64,000 bases of DNA from Patescibacteria group bacterium (GCA_041658665.1 JBAZZR010000001.1:384576-448575); one strand, 5' to 3'. Counted from the stretch's first letter, positions 46,491-57,100 are shown. A program made the numbers and translations. Notes: generated by a model not told the origin, from the letters alone.

Positions 46491-47264
46491 ATGGCCGAAG
46501 AAAAAAATCTGAGTGGTAATAATAATTGGTCGCGCGCCCTGGTTATGATTGTCGCCTTGATTTTATTTAGTGTCATTATTATTGTCGCTCTTGTGCGTGA
46601 TCGAATAGTGAACCAAATGTTTAAGAGCGTAACAATCACCGGGCAGGGGCGAGTGTCCTATGTTCCCGATATCGCGATTATTACTTTAGGAGTTCAGATT
46701 GATAAAGTCTCGAAACCGGCAGACGCGTTGAATCAATTAAATTTGAAAATTGATAGTATAATTAAGGCAGTCCAAGCGGCGGGGATAGAACCGGAAAATA
46801 TTCAGGCGCAGAATTATTATCTTTACCCCCAGTACGATTATAAAGACAATGTTTCGACTGTTTCCGGGTATAATGCTAACGAACAGTTAGTGATAAAAGT
46901 AAAAAAATATGATAAGGAGGCTAGCCGTTTGAATCGTGTCATCGCGGCTGCTTCTAGCGCAGGGGCTAATCAGATTAATAGTTTAGCTTTCGATTCTTCA
47001 ACTATCAATGATTTAAAGCAACAAGCGCGTCTGAAGGCGATTGCCGACGCTAAGGATAAAAGTATTTCTTTGGCGAAGGCGGCGGGCGTAGAACTTAAAG
47101 ATATTACCGGTTGGTATGAAAATTTGATCAGTCCTAACCCGGCTTATATTGCGGATTACGGTAAAGGCGGCCTGGGAGCGGGCGGGGCAATGCCGACGAC
47201 CCAAGTACCGTCCGGAGATCGCGAAGTGGTCCTAGAAATAGGTGTGACTTATAATATTAAATAA
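46491..47264 (+). CDS. SIMPL (DUF541) domain protein
   Basis: N-terminal TM, then ITGQGRVSYVPDIAIITLGV...QLVIKV signatures. ATG 46491 is preferred over the upstream TTG at 46476. Confidence 0.75.
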   Translation: MAEEKNLSGNNNWSRALVMIVALILFSVIIIVALVRDRIVNQMFKSVTITGQGRVSYVPDIAIITLGVQIDKVSKPADALNQLNLKIDSIIKAVQAAGIEPENIQAQNYYLYPQYDYKDNVSTVSGYNANEQLVIKVKKYDKEASRLNRVIAAASSAGANQINSLAFDSSTINDLKQQARLKAIADAKDKSISLAKAAGVELKDITGWYENLISPNPAYIADYGKGGLGAGGAMPTTQVPSGDREVVLEIGVTYNIK

Positions 47265-47316
47265 ATAAAATAAAACAATTTTGGTTCTGACTTATTAAAA
47301 TTAGAGCCTTGATTTC

Positions 47317-49794
47317 ATGTTTCTTATGAACGGAAACGGTAACTCCGATTCTAATCGCAACGCTTTAAGCGGCAAGACGGTTCTAATCGTTAATACGGCG
47401 GGTGCAAGCGATCCTCTCCATTCCAAAAAATTTTTTATCAAGAAAGTAAAAAATTTGGGAGTTAATATAGTGATCCTTAGTAAAGAGGCTAATACTTTTC
47501 AGCCTTACGTTGACTATTGTTTGACCGCTGATACTTCTAATTACGCCGAAGCCTTAATAATCTTAGATAGTTTTTTAAAAGAAAAGCCTAATCTTAAATT
47601 AGATGGGCTGATTACTTTTTTAGAAGACGATGTCCTTTTAACCTCTAAAATAGCCGATAAATATAAGTTAATTAATACTTCTTTTAAGGTAGCGAGCGGT
47701 ATTCGTAATAAATTTTTTCTACGAAAGTTTTGTGCGGCTAATAATTTGCCGACTATAAAATTCAAAGAATTAAAAAGTAGTCGTGATTTAGAAGAAGCGG
47801 CTAATTTTCTTAATTTTCCTTTGGTAGTTAAACCGGCTTATGGGGCAGCCAGCGCTTTTGTAGTTAAGGTTAATAATTTAGAAGAATTAAAAGAAAGCTA
47901 TAACTACATCAAAAAAGATATTTCGCCTAAAATAGAGTCCGCCTTAAATGACGGTCTGGATATTTTTGCTGAAGAATATATTGATGGTGACGAGGTCGAT
48001 ATGGATATTCTTATTCAAAATGGCAAGATAAAATTTTGTGCGATTTCTGATAACGGCAAAACTAAAGAGCCGTTTTTTATTGAGACTACGCGAATTACTC
48101 CCTCTAATTTACCGCAAAAAAACCAAGCCGAATTAGTCGTCATGGCGGATGAAACTCTAGAAAAACTCGGTATTTTAAATGGTTGTGTTCATTTTGAAGC
48201 GAAGTATACGGCGCGTGGTCCCGTTCCGTTAGAGATTAATTTACGTTTAGGCGGCGATGAAGTATATCCGAGCGTGAAAGTTGCCTGGCACGTTGATTTA
48301 ATTGAAAATCTTTTGAAAATTGCCTGCGGTATTTATATTCCGAAGTTTGAATTTCCCGTCGGTCCTTATGAGTATTTAGTGGCTAAAACTTTTTCGGCCG
48401 ATTATTCGGGAATTATTGTTAATTTAGAAATTGCTGATGATTTAAAACGACGTCCTTATGTTAAAGAATTCCAGTTTGAGAAAAAAATTGGTGATTCTGT
48501 TCTGTCGCCGCCGGAGGGTTATGAGTATCTGGGCTGGATTCTAGTTTCTGGTTCTAATCCCTTAGATGCTCAAGATAATCTGCAAGAGGCGGAAAAAGAT
48601 ATTAATTACGAAATAGCTAAGTTTCATCCGGCCTCATCCATTGGTAAGACAACTCGTCGCTCGCCTTTTTCTGTTTCGGCTATTAATGTTGATATTCTAA
48701 AGCGTCGCAGTAAGATTGAAAAGATCCGCCGTATGGAAATTTCTAATCAGCGCAACCTTCATGTCGGCATCGCCTGCAATTTATACGAAGAAGAGGCGAG
48801 TGATCAAGAGGTGGCAGTCGAGAATGATTTAACAGTCATTGGGCAGGAAATTGAAAAAACCTTACGGGCCAGAGGTTATAAAATTAGTTTTTTCGATTTT
48901 AATGATTTACCTAAGGCTTTTAATGATTTAAAAAATAGTGACGTGGATTTAGTTTTTAATGTTTGCGAGCGAATCAATAATTCTAGCTTACTCGAGCCAC
49001 ACGTTGCCTCTATTCTAGATACCCTGCAAATTCCTTATACGGGTTCGAACCCGTTTACTTTAGGCCTCTGCATTGATAAGATCCGAGTGAAAAAATTATT
49101 GTCTTATCATAAAATACCGACCCCGGAATGGGATTACGTTTATTCGCTTGATGATGATATTCGGGAGGATTTACGTTACCCGCTAATTGTTAAGCCGGCT
49201 AACACCGATAATTCTATCGGTATTACGAACGATTCGGTCGTTCGTAATAAAGAAGAATTATATCGTCAGTTAGAAAAAGTCTTGAAAGAAATCGGTCGGC
49301 CGGCTCTAATTGAAGAGTATATTGATGGCGATGAATACGATGTACCAATTATTGGCAGTGAAGAGGATGATTTAAGAATTTTGCCTCTCGCCCGTTCAAT
49401 CTTCGACGAATTACCAGCTAATCTTTGGCATATTTATCCTTTTGAAGCTAAATACGCGGATAAAAGTGAATATGATAAGATTATCCGCCAACGACCGCCG
49501 AAAAATATTGGTAAAAAGTTAGAGACGCTTTTGGGCGAAATCGCTTTAGATACTTATAATATTTTAGATTGTCATGATTATGGTCGAATTGAGATTAGAG
49601 TTGATAAGAATAATAATCCCTATGTTTTAGAACTTAACCCTAATCCGTCCTTAAATGCGGATGGCACTTTTTCTGCTTCCGCGGAGCTTATCGGTTTAGA
49701 TTATGGCGATTTCTTAGAAGAAATTATTCGTTTAGCGATTAAACGTTATAAAGATAATCCGCCTTATTATCATCTGCAGCCCAACGTCATGTAA
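47317..49794 (+). CDS. Fusion of two ATP-grasp ligase modules (L-amino-acid-ligase-like N-half, D-Ala-D-Ala-ligase-like C-half)
   Basis: 825 aa. N-half: FPLVVKPAYGAASAFVVKV...EEYIDGDEVDMD...EINLRLGG. C-half: YPLIVKPANTDNSIGI...EEYIDGDEYDVPI...ELNPNPSL. Confidence 0.75.
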   Translation: MFLMNGNGNSDSNRNALSGKTVLIVNTAGASDPLHSKKFFIKKVKNLGVNIVILSKEANTFQPYVDYCLTADTSNYAEALIILDSFLKEKPNLKLDGLITFLEDDVLLTSKIADKYKLINTSFKVASGIRNKFFLRKFCAANNLPTIKFKELKSSRDLEEAANFLNFPLVVKPAYGAASAFVVKVNNLEELKESYNYIKKDISPKIESALNDGLDIFAEEYIDGDEVDMDILIQNGKIKFCAISDNGKTKEPFFIETTRITPSNLPQKNQAELVVMADETLEKLGILNGCVHFEAKYTARGPVPLEINLRLGGDEVYPSVKVAWHVDLIENLLKIACGIYIPKFEFPVGPYEYLVAKTFSADYSGIIVNLEIADDLKRRPYVKEFQFEKKIGDSVLSPPEGYEYLGWILVSGSNPLDAQDNLQEAEKDINYEIAKFHPASSIGKTTRRSPFSVSAINVDILKRRSKIEKIRRMEISNQRNLHVGIACNLYEEEASDQEVAVENDLTVIGQEIEKTLRARGYKISFFDFNDLPKAFNDLKNSDVDLVFNVCERINNSSLLEPHVASILDTLQIPYTGSNPFTLGLCIDKIRVKKLLSYHKIPTPEWDYVYSLDDDIREDLRYPLIVKPANTDNSIGITNDSVVRNKEELYRQLEKVLKEIGRPALIEEYIDGDEYDVPIIGSEEDDLRILPLARSIFDELPANLWHIYPFEAKYADKSEYDKIIRQRPPKNIGKKLETLLGEIALDTYNILDCHDYGRIEIRVDKNNNPYVLELNPNPSLNADGTFSASAELIGLDYGDFLEEIIRLAIKRYKDNPPYYHLQPNVM

Positions 49795-49797
49795 TTT

Positions 49798-50691
49798 ATG
49801 TTGACTATTAAAATTATTACCGATCTAAAAGAGGCGGAGATTTTATGGCGAGTTTTATCGCCTCAAAAAACTATTTTTGATGAATGGGATTTTCGTTACT
49901 GTTTTTATAAATATCATTTCTATCCTTTAAATTTTATTACCGCTTATGAAGACAGTGAGCCGGTGGCTTTATTGCCGCTGGAGCATCATCCTAATTATGG
50001 TTTAAAATTTATCGCTGAAGATCCGTGCGAAGAGAACCGTCCTTTTGTTAAAACTGGTTATGAATATATTATTCCGGAGTTATATGCGGCAGTTACGGAA
50101 GCGGCTAAATGTTATGATATTTCTGGCGAGGATGAATTTACGATGAAGATGCCGCTAGAGGATTATAAATATGTTTTGCCTCTAAAGGGGCTAGGCAATT
50201 TCTCGGATTTTTTAACAACCCGCTTAAGAGCTAAACGGCGGCGGAGTTTAGAAAAAGAACTTAACTCTTTAGCCGGTCATCAGATTTTAGCGTCCACTAG
50301 TCGGCCAGAGAAAATGGCGGAAGATTTAAATTTATTATTTGAGCTTAATACTAAAAATTTTACTGAAGAGTCTTATTTATTGAAGCCGGAACAAGGCGCT
50401 TGGCTCGACCTTTTAAAGTTAAATTTTTCCTGGCGTTTGATGACTTTAGAAATAGGAGGCATTAAACAAGCAGTTTCTCTTAGTGTTTTACATAATAACG
50501 ATTGGCACTATCTTATTACGGGAGTTAATTTTAAGGCTTTTCCAGGGTTAGGTAAATATTTAGCTAAAATTAATATAGAAGCGGCGATTACTGAGGGAGC
50601 GGCCGTTTTTGATGCTGGGTTGGGGGACTGCGGTTGGAAGCATATTTGGCATTTAGATAAAATACCGCAGTATGAATTTATTAGGCCATAG
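49798..50691 (+). CDS. GNAT-fold acyl/aminoacyl-transferase, FemAB/CelD (BioF2-like) type
   Basis: 297 aa, starting 3 nt after the ATP-grasp stop. Layout and length resemble CelD/FemAB-like acetyltransferase-fold proteins. Tentative. Confidence 0.5.
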   Translation: MLTIKIITDLKEAEILWRVLSPQKTIFDEWDFRYCFYKYHFYPLNFITAYEDSEPVALLPLEHHPNYGLKFIAEDPCEENRPFVKTGYEYIIPELYAAVTEAAKCYDISGEDEFTMKMPLEDYKYVLPLKGLGNFSDFLTTRLRAKRRRSLEKELNSLAGHQILASTSRPEKMAEDLNLLFELNTKNFTEESYLLKPEQGAWLDLLKLNFSWRLMTLEIGGIKQAVSLSVLHNNDWHYLITGVNFKAFPGLGKYLAKINIEAAITEGAAVFDAGLGDCGWKHIWHLDKIPQYEFIRP

Positions 50692-50769
50692 ATTAAATTT
50701 TGTCTGGTGACGGCTACTGTCAGGATAGTAGCGGTTTGCTGTTAGAAAAAGCGGTCAGGCCTGTCTTTA

Positions 50770-50798
50770 TTGGCATATTTAAACAGCTATGCTATAAT
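50770..50798 (+). promoter_or_regulatory. Promoter for the HU gene
   Basis: TTGGCA, 17-nt spacer, TATAAT. Leaves a leader of about 150 nt. Confidence 0.6.
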
Positions 50799-50956
50799 GT
50801 ACTTATAAACATTGAGTTTTAAATCGGTGGCTTTTAAAAGCCCCGGTAAATATTCATTAAAATCGTTGTTAGTAAATTTAAATAAGAATTATTTAATTTT
50901 TGGTCATTATCATTAAACGGTTTTTACTGTTTACTGTTAATCCCCATACTACAATT

Positions 50957-51238
50957 ATGTCAAAAATGACAAAATCGCAGATGATTGCTTCTTTAGCCGA
51001 AGCAACCAGCTTGAGCAAGAAAGACACGGCTAGTTTTATGGATCAATTAGCGGAGTTTGTTTATAAAGAAGTTAAAAAGAATGGTGAATGCATTGTTCCG
51101 GGCTTTGGTAAATTAGTAAAGGCTAAGAGAAAAGCCAGAGAAGGCCGTAATCCAGCCACTGGTGAAGCGATTAAGATACCGGCAAAGACAGTAGTTAAAT
51201 TTCGTTTAGCTAAAATTGTTAAAGATACTGTTTTATAG
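50957..51238 (+). CDS. hup: DNA-binding protein HU
   Basis: 93 aa from ATG 50957. The track ORF begins further upstream at TTG 50900. GFGKLVKAKRKAREGRNPATGEAIKIPAKTVVKFR signature. Confidence 0.9.
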   Translation: MSKMTKSQMIASLAEATSLSKKDTASFMDQLAEFVYKEVKKNGECIVPGFGKLVKAKRKAREGRNPATGEAIKIPAKTVVKFRLAKIVKDTVL

Positions 51239-51265
51239 TTGATTAAGGTAAATAGGAAAAATTTT

Positions 51266-51299
51266 AAAACCATCTCGTCGGAATCCGAGATGGTTTTTA
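51266..51299 (+). terminator. Intrinsic terminator after HU
   Basis: AACCATCTCG-N8-CGAGATGGTT hairpin followed by TTTTAT. Confidence 0.8.
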
Positions 51300-51365
51300 T
51301 TTACAAAAAATCTATTGCCTTGAGTGGTAATAGATTTTTTGCTCTTAACGTTTATTATTAAATTA

Positions 51366-51632
51366 TTAAAATTTCCATTCTTTAACGTATTGTCCTAAGC
51401 CGAAATCGTGTAGTTTATTTTTTAATTTAGTATTTTTATGGCAAAAATAAAGAAGCGATCCAATTTCTATTTGATATCGATTTTTGACGATTCTATAACG
51501 AAAATTTTTATCATTTTTAATAGCGCGGCGAATGGTTTTTCCGGTTAAACCTCCGAATTCTGCCGCCCCTGAAACAGATATCCAAACAGGATAAGAAACT
51601 TCTTTATTTGTCAAATTAGCTAAATTGGGCAT
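51366..51632 (-). CDS. Small helix-turn-helix DNA-binding protein (excisionase/MerR-like HTH)
   Basis: 88 aa. WISVSGAAEFGGLTGKTIRRAIKNDK resembles Xis/AlpA-type HTH proteins. Confidence 0.55.
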   Translation of the reverse strand: MPNLANLTNKEVSYPVWISVSGAAEFGGLTGKTIRRAIKNDKNFRYRIVKNRYQIEIGSLLYFCHKNTKLKNKLHDFGLGQYVKEWKF

Positions 51633-51644
51633 GTTTAATTAATT

Positions 51645-51678
51645 ATATTTAAGTCTAATCTAATTTAGACTTAAATAT
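51645..51678. promoter_or_regulatory. Perfect palindrome 1 (candidate operator)
   Basis: ATATTTAAGTCTAA-tctaat-TTAGACTTAAATAT with 14-bp arms, 13 nt upstream of the HTH gene start. Confidence 0.5.
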
Positions 51679-51705
51679 AAAAATAAGCTAATAAAAAATA
51701 AAAAT

Positions 51706-51739
51706 TTATTTAAGTCTAATATTTATTAGACTTAAATAA
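51706..51739. promoter_or_regulatory. Perfect palindrome 2 (candidate operator, same half-site)
   Basis: TTATTTAAGTCTAAT-attt-ATTAGACTTAAATAA with 15-bp arms. Confidence 0.5.
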
Positions 51740-52087
51740 TTAATATATCTAACTTTTTAAAAAATTAATGGTCAAAAATAGTCAAAAAATTAAATAAGTA
51801 GGAATAGTCTATTACCTGATGGACTTAAGTCTTAATATCTTATACTTTATAAAAATAAAGTCAAGGATTCTACAAGAAACCTCTAATATGATAAGAAAAA
51901 TATAATTTATTAAGAAAGATATAAATAAAGATATAAATAATAAAAGAATATTATAATAAATTTATGGTTTAAAATATTTGCTCTTGGAAGCTATTTATGC
52001 TAGAATAGTTTAAGAATTTAAAAGGATAATCACGGCGGGCGATATATTTCCCGTTATTTTTTGTTAAAACCATTTAACAGTGTTTTC

Positions 52088-52675
52088 ATGTCCAATTTAG
52101 TCCAAAAATTTAAAGATCGTCAGGTTCTTAGTCGTCTAAAAAATCGCGATAAAGAGGCCTTTATTCGAGTTTATGACCAAAACGTTAAGGATATATATCG
52201 TTTTGTTTATTTTAAGATTAGTAATAGGGAAGAGGCCAATGATTTGACGTCCATGATTTTTTTAAAGACCTGGAATCATATTCAAAATAAAACCCTAGAA
52301 GACGCTAAAACTTTACGCGCCCTTTTATATAAAATAGCCCGTAACTCAATTATTGATTATTATCGAGAAAATAACGGTAAACAATTTACTTCTTTAGATA
52401 ACCAAGATAATAAACTCGAAATTATTGACGAATCACAGAACACTCCGGAGGATTTAGACAAAAAAACTAACCTAAATTTGATTAAGAGTAAATTACCGCT
52501 TCTTAAAGATGAATATCGGGAGATAATAATTATGCGTTTTATCAACGATCTTTCCTTAGAAGAAATAGCGGATATTAGCGGAAAAAATAGAGGCAATGTT
52601 CGCGTTTTGCTTCATCGTGCCCTTAATGCTTTAAGAGAATTAATAGAAAAAGATCAGGGAAGTAATAATGAGTAG
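52088..52675 (+). CDS. ECF-type RNA polymerase sigma factor
   Basis: Regions 2 and 4 are recognisable (DLTSMIFLKTWNHI; SLEEIADISGKNRGNVRVLLHRAL). ATG 52088 is preferred over TTG 52061. Confidence 0.8.
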   Translation: MSNLVQKFKDRQVLSRLKNRDKEAFIRVYDQNVKDIYRFVYFKISNREEANDLTSMIFLKTWNHIQNKTLEDAKTLRALLYKIARNSIIDYYRENNGKQFTSLDNQDNKLEIIDESQNTPEDLDKKTNLNLIKSKLPLLKDEYREIIIMRFINDLSLEEIADISGKNRGNVRVLLHRALNALRELIEKDQGSNNE

Positions 52676-52720
52676 GTTTAGACTGTAACAATTTATCGAG
52701 TTTTACGTATATTATAGTGT

Positions 52721-53614
52721 ATGGATAACCGAGAACTTATCGTTAAATTAAATAATTTGAAAACAATAAATCCGGATTCGGCTTGGCTGGCTAATAATCG
52801 GGAGCTTTTATTATCACAGATTTCTAATTCAGGAGCGGAAAATATTAGCGCTTGGAAAGCGGTTTTAATTAATTTTTCCAGTGTCGCTCGAATCGCGTCT
52901 CGTCCCGTTTTCTCTTTAGGCGTTTTTATTTTACTGCTTCTTTTTGGCAGTTTTTTTGGTCGTAGTTTATTTTTAAATGCTAAGCCTAATGATTCTTTAT
53001 ATATCGCGAAGATAATTTCCGAAAAACTAAAAGTTAATACTACCTTTAATACTCAAGAAAGAGATAAATTAGCTTTGCAGTTTGCGACTGAACACGCTCA
53101 GGCCATCACGAGCGTCTTATCTGACCCGACTTTTAATAATGAAGCCAATAAGGATCAAGTGGCTAAATTAAATGATAATTTTAAAGAAGAAGTAGCTACC
53201 GTTCAAAATAAATTTGATAAATTAGACGCTAGTAAAAAGATGACTCGCCCGGGGACTGCTAATCCGAAATTAAATTCTGATTTTACCCTTATTGATGATA
53301 ATGTCGTAATTGCCGATAGTGCTCGCGATAAGCAGGGAATTCAATTAATTGATAGCGCTGCCAGTCAAATAAAAGCAGAAGAAGTATTAGAATCAACCAA
53401 AGCTAGTAGCGCTCTTAGTTCGCTGGCCGCTAAAGAAGCTAAAATAAATTTAGCTAGTTCGACTGGAAATATTGCCTCTAGTTCTGAGTCAGCTCCCGAA
53501 GTTAATAAAAATGGCGCCAGTCAAATTTTAGACGAAGCGCAGAAGTTATTCGATCAGAAAGATTATTCTCAAGCTTCTAAAAAATTAAAAGAAGTTGAGG
53601 AAATTATTAAATAA
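52721..53614 (+). CDS. Single-pass membrane protein, probable anti-sigma factor
   Basis: 297 aa. Short cytoplasmic N-terminus, one TM helix (VFSLGVFILLLLFGSFFG), and a low-complexity exported C-terminus. Directly follows the ECF sigma. Confidence 0.45.
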   Translation: MDNRELIVKLNNLKTINPDSAWLANNRELLLSQISNSGAENISAWKAVLINFSSVARIASRPVFSLGVFILLLLFGSFFGRSLFLNAKPNDSLYIAKIISEKLKVNTTFNTQERDKLALQFATEHAQAITSVLSDPTFNNEANKDQVAKLNDNFKEEVATVQNKFDKLDASKKMTRPGTANPKLNSDFTLIDDNVVIADSARDKQGIQLIDSAASQIKAEEVLESTKASSALSSLAAKEAKINLASSTGNIASSSESAPEVNKNGASQILDEAQKLFDQKDYSQASKKLKEVEEIIK

Positions 53615-54112
53615 GATAAGGCGGTTTGAGCCGCCCAAGCGCTAATTTGTTAGTTTATCTCTGATTCTCGGTAAGACCTAATTGGAAGATCCGTCATCCC
53701 TTTTGGAAAAAGCCGAACGAGATAAATTAACAAATTCGCGTTTAAAGTTTATCTTTAGAGCGAATTGGCGAACCCCTAAAAGGTCGGGCCGCGGATAACG
53801 CGGTGGTTTGTCCCTTATAAATATCAATTCTTCAGTTCCAAGCTCGAACGATTTAGTAATTTGAATAAACAGTAAATCGGTTAAGCTTTTCTCCAGCTAG
53901 CGGGCAACACGCGCTCTGGCTGGCAGGACTTATTACTAAGATCAGCCGGCCTTCGCCTTAAGCCTTAATAAGCTGGTGAAGCGGGATTCCGACTGATTTA
54001 CCGAATTAGTAAAATTTCTGATTTAGTAAAGCGGCGAACTGAACAACTTATCATTATTAATCAGTTTAAACTACTATTGTTTAGACAATTAAAAATGATC
54101 TTAAAATTACTT
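53615..54112 (+). other. Long non-coding, relatively GC-rich structured region (leader or ncRNA) upstream of the surface-protein gene
   Basis: About 0.5 kb with no ORF. Several GC-rich hairpins: GGCGG/CCGCC at 53620, CCGCG-GATAA-CGCGG near 53790, CCAGC...GCTGG near 53895, CTTCGCC...GGTGAAG near 53950. Confidence 0.3.
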
Positions 54113-57100
54113 ATGAAAAAATTACGCAAATTCTTAGTTGTTAGCGTAATGGTATTATCAGTTCTTGGTATGAGTTTTCCTTTTGGTGCATCCGTGCAAG
54201 CGGCTGCTTCAACTGGTGATTTAATCAAGATGGCTGGTCATCCTGCCGTGTATTACATGGGCGCTAACAGCAAGATCTACGTTTTTCCTAATGAAGTTAC
54301 CTACTTCACTTGGTACAAAGATTTCAGCGGTGTTATTACTGTTCCTACAGCTGAACTCCAGAGCTACACTATGAGTGGCAATGTTACCATGAGACCGGGC
54401 ACTAAATTAGTGAAAAATACATTAAGTCCGGCTGTTTACGCAATCGAACCGAATGGAGTTGCTAAAAAGATCCAGAGCGAAGCCCAAGCAGTTGCTTTAT
54501 ATGGCTCAGCTTGGGGTAAGAGAATAGTTACTCTACCTGATTCTTTCTTTACTAACTACGCGGTTGGCGATCAATTACCATTAGGAAATATTCCGGTTGG
54601 TTCTTTAGTAAAGAATGCCGATTCAAGCGCCGTTTATTACTATGATGGTTCCAACTATCGTTTAATAAGCGAGGCGGCTATGACTGCTAATCGTTTTATC
54701 GCTTCTAATGTTTTAACCGTTTCTACTACTATTACAGCGGGCGGTTCTAATGTTACTAGCGCTGAGTTCGTTGACGTTTCTCAGAAAGGCGGTACAGTTC
54801 CGGGCCCAGTTTCTACTGGTTCTGGTTTAATGGTTTCCTTAAATTCTGCGACTCCGGCCGCTAACAATGTTCCTCAGAATACTTCAATTGAAATGTTGAA
54901 GTTAAATTTAACTGCTTCTAATGATGGTGATATCAGTATTTCTGGTATTAAGTTATCAGCGGCGGGCTTGGGTACAGCGAGTGAAATCGACCAAGTGACT
55001 GTTTACAACAACGGTGTTAAATTAGCTTCTTCTAAAGATATTGATTCTAACAAAGTTGCTCAAATCAGTTTCACTAACGCCTTGTTAGTAACTAGAGGTT
55101 CAACCGTTACCTTATCGGTTAAAGCAAAAATTACCGGAACCGGTCATTATGCTTTACAAGTTGAAAAGGCTAGCGATATCAGCGCCCCTGGCGTTAATAT
55201 TACTGGTGCTTTCCCAGTTAAAGGTAATGAAGCGACTGGCGTTAACGTCACTGTTGGTGGTTTAACCATTGATGATGATGGTTCATTGTCTGATGTTAAA
55301 TTAGGCGATCAACAAGCGACTTTAGCTAAATTTAAAGCTACGGTTGACGGGGTTGAAGACATTACTTTATCTTCAATTACTTTGAAGAAAGATTCTGTTT
55401 CTACAGCCTCTGATGCTTCTTTCGAGAACTTGAAATTATACATGGATGGCAGCGTTGTCGCTACCTCTAATGGAATTTCTAGTAGATATGTAACCTTTAA
55501 CTTCACTACTCCAGTTACTATTTTAAAGAATAATAACAAGAGATTCGTCGTTAAAGGAGACGTAGTTGATGGAGCCGCTAAAACTTTAATGTTAGTTTTA
55601 GATTCCGTCACCGATGTTAACGCGGTTGGTAGTCATTATGGCTATTCTTCTTTAGTAACGAACACCTTAGCGGGTGATTCAGTTCTTATTAATGCCGGCG
55701 CCTTTACTATCGAAAAAGTAAATGCTCCTAATGATAAGATTAAGAAGGATACAACTGATGTTGAATTTGGTACTTTCAAAGTTACTGCTAATAGCGGTAA
55801 GAACGTAGAAATGTCCAGATTTAAATTATCAGTTCTAACCACTAATGATAACCAAGGTGCCGCTTCTGCTTTCACCTACATTGAAAATCTTGAATTATAC
55901 AACAAGACTACTAATACTGTTTATGACTTAGCTTACGAATCTGGCAGTGCTACTAAGATCTATTCTAATACCAGCCTGGGCTTTGTTATGACAAGCGGTG
56001 TTACTTATGAGTTGGTTGTAAGAGCTGACGTTAAAGCTACGGCGACTGTTGAGGATTATACCCCGAGCATCGCTTCCGCTTATACTAGCTCTTCTGTTCA
56101 AGACGTGACCTTAAAGGAAACTGGTAATGACACTTTAATTAGCGACATTACTCCTAACTCAGTATCTTTGAAGAAAGTTACTGTTCAGGTTCCGGCTGTC
56201 ACTTTCTCTAAGAATGCTTTATCGGCCGCTTATAACTCAGTAGTTGGTTCTTCAGATGTTGAAATTATTAATTTCAACGTTAAGGCTGGCGAAAGCTCAG
56301 CGGTGAAGATGACTGAGTTAAAGTTTGTTGATACGGTTGCTGACAACGGCACTCCTAATTCAATTACCAATGCGGTAGTTTCTGAATTCAAATTGTGGAA
56401 AGATTCTACTTTATTAAAGACAGTTTCAGCTTCCCAATTATCGAGCGAAGAAATTACTTTCGCTGACTTAGCCGAAGTTATTCCGGCTAACACCACGGTT
56501 GTCTACAAGGTTACTACTTCTTTAGTTAAAGATTCTAATTTAAATACGAATACTCTTAACTATCGTTTAAGTGGTTATAGCGTAGAAGATACCGATAAAG
56601 GCGGCGCTGTTTACGACGCGGTGGCTGAAAATGTTTCAGCTAACGGCGTTGTCGCTGCTGGTGAAACTGGTGAAACTAGTTTAGCTTCAGCTAGAACGGT
56701 TACTTTTGTTGGTACTGGTGCTTTATATGTCTCAATGGACAATACTGACACTGCTACTAATAAAGACGTTTATAGCGTAGCTAATGCTACCACTGGTAGT
56801 GTTGCTGCTCTAAAATTAAGAGCGCAGAACGAACCGATTAAGGTTACTAAGCTGACAATTACTGGCAGCGCTGATCTTAACGGTAAAGTAACGGAATTAG
56901 CTTTATATGATGGAACCACTTTAGTTGGTTCTACCAATGTTATTTCTACTGATTCAGTTATTGATATCAGTGGTGATAACTTAGTTGTGCCGATTACTTC
57001 TAAGAACTACTACTTAAAAGCGACTTTAGCAAAAATTGGTAAAGACGCTACTGGTTCCTTAGACCAAGATATAACGTTTAAAGTTAAGTCTATTGAGGCT

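Noticed and set aside
53615-54076. Known housekeeping RNAs (RNase P RNA, tmRNA, SRP/4.5S RNA, 6S RNA, common riboswitches) as the identity of the long non-coding region.
   Set aside because: I could not find the conserved cores I remember on either strand. Examples are GAGGAAAGTCC for RNase P, GGTTCGA..CCACCA-type ends for tmRNA, and the GGAA/AGCA SRP domain IV motif. This needs a real Rfam scan.
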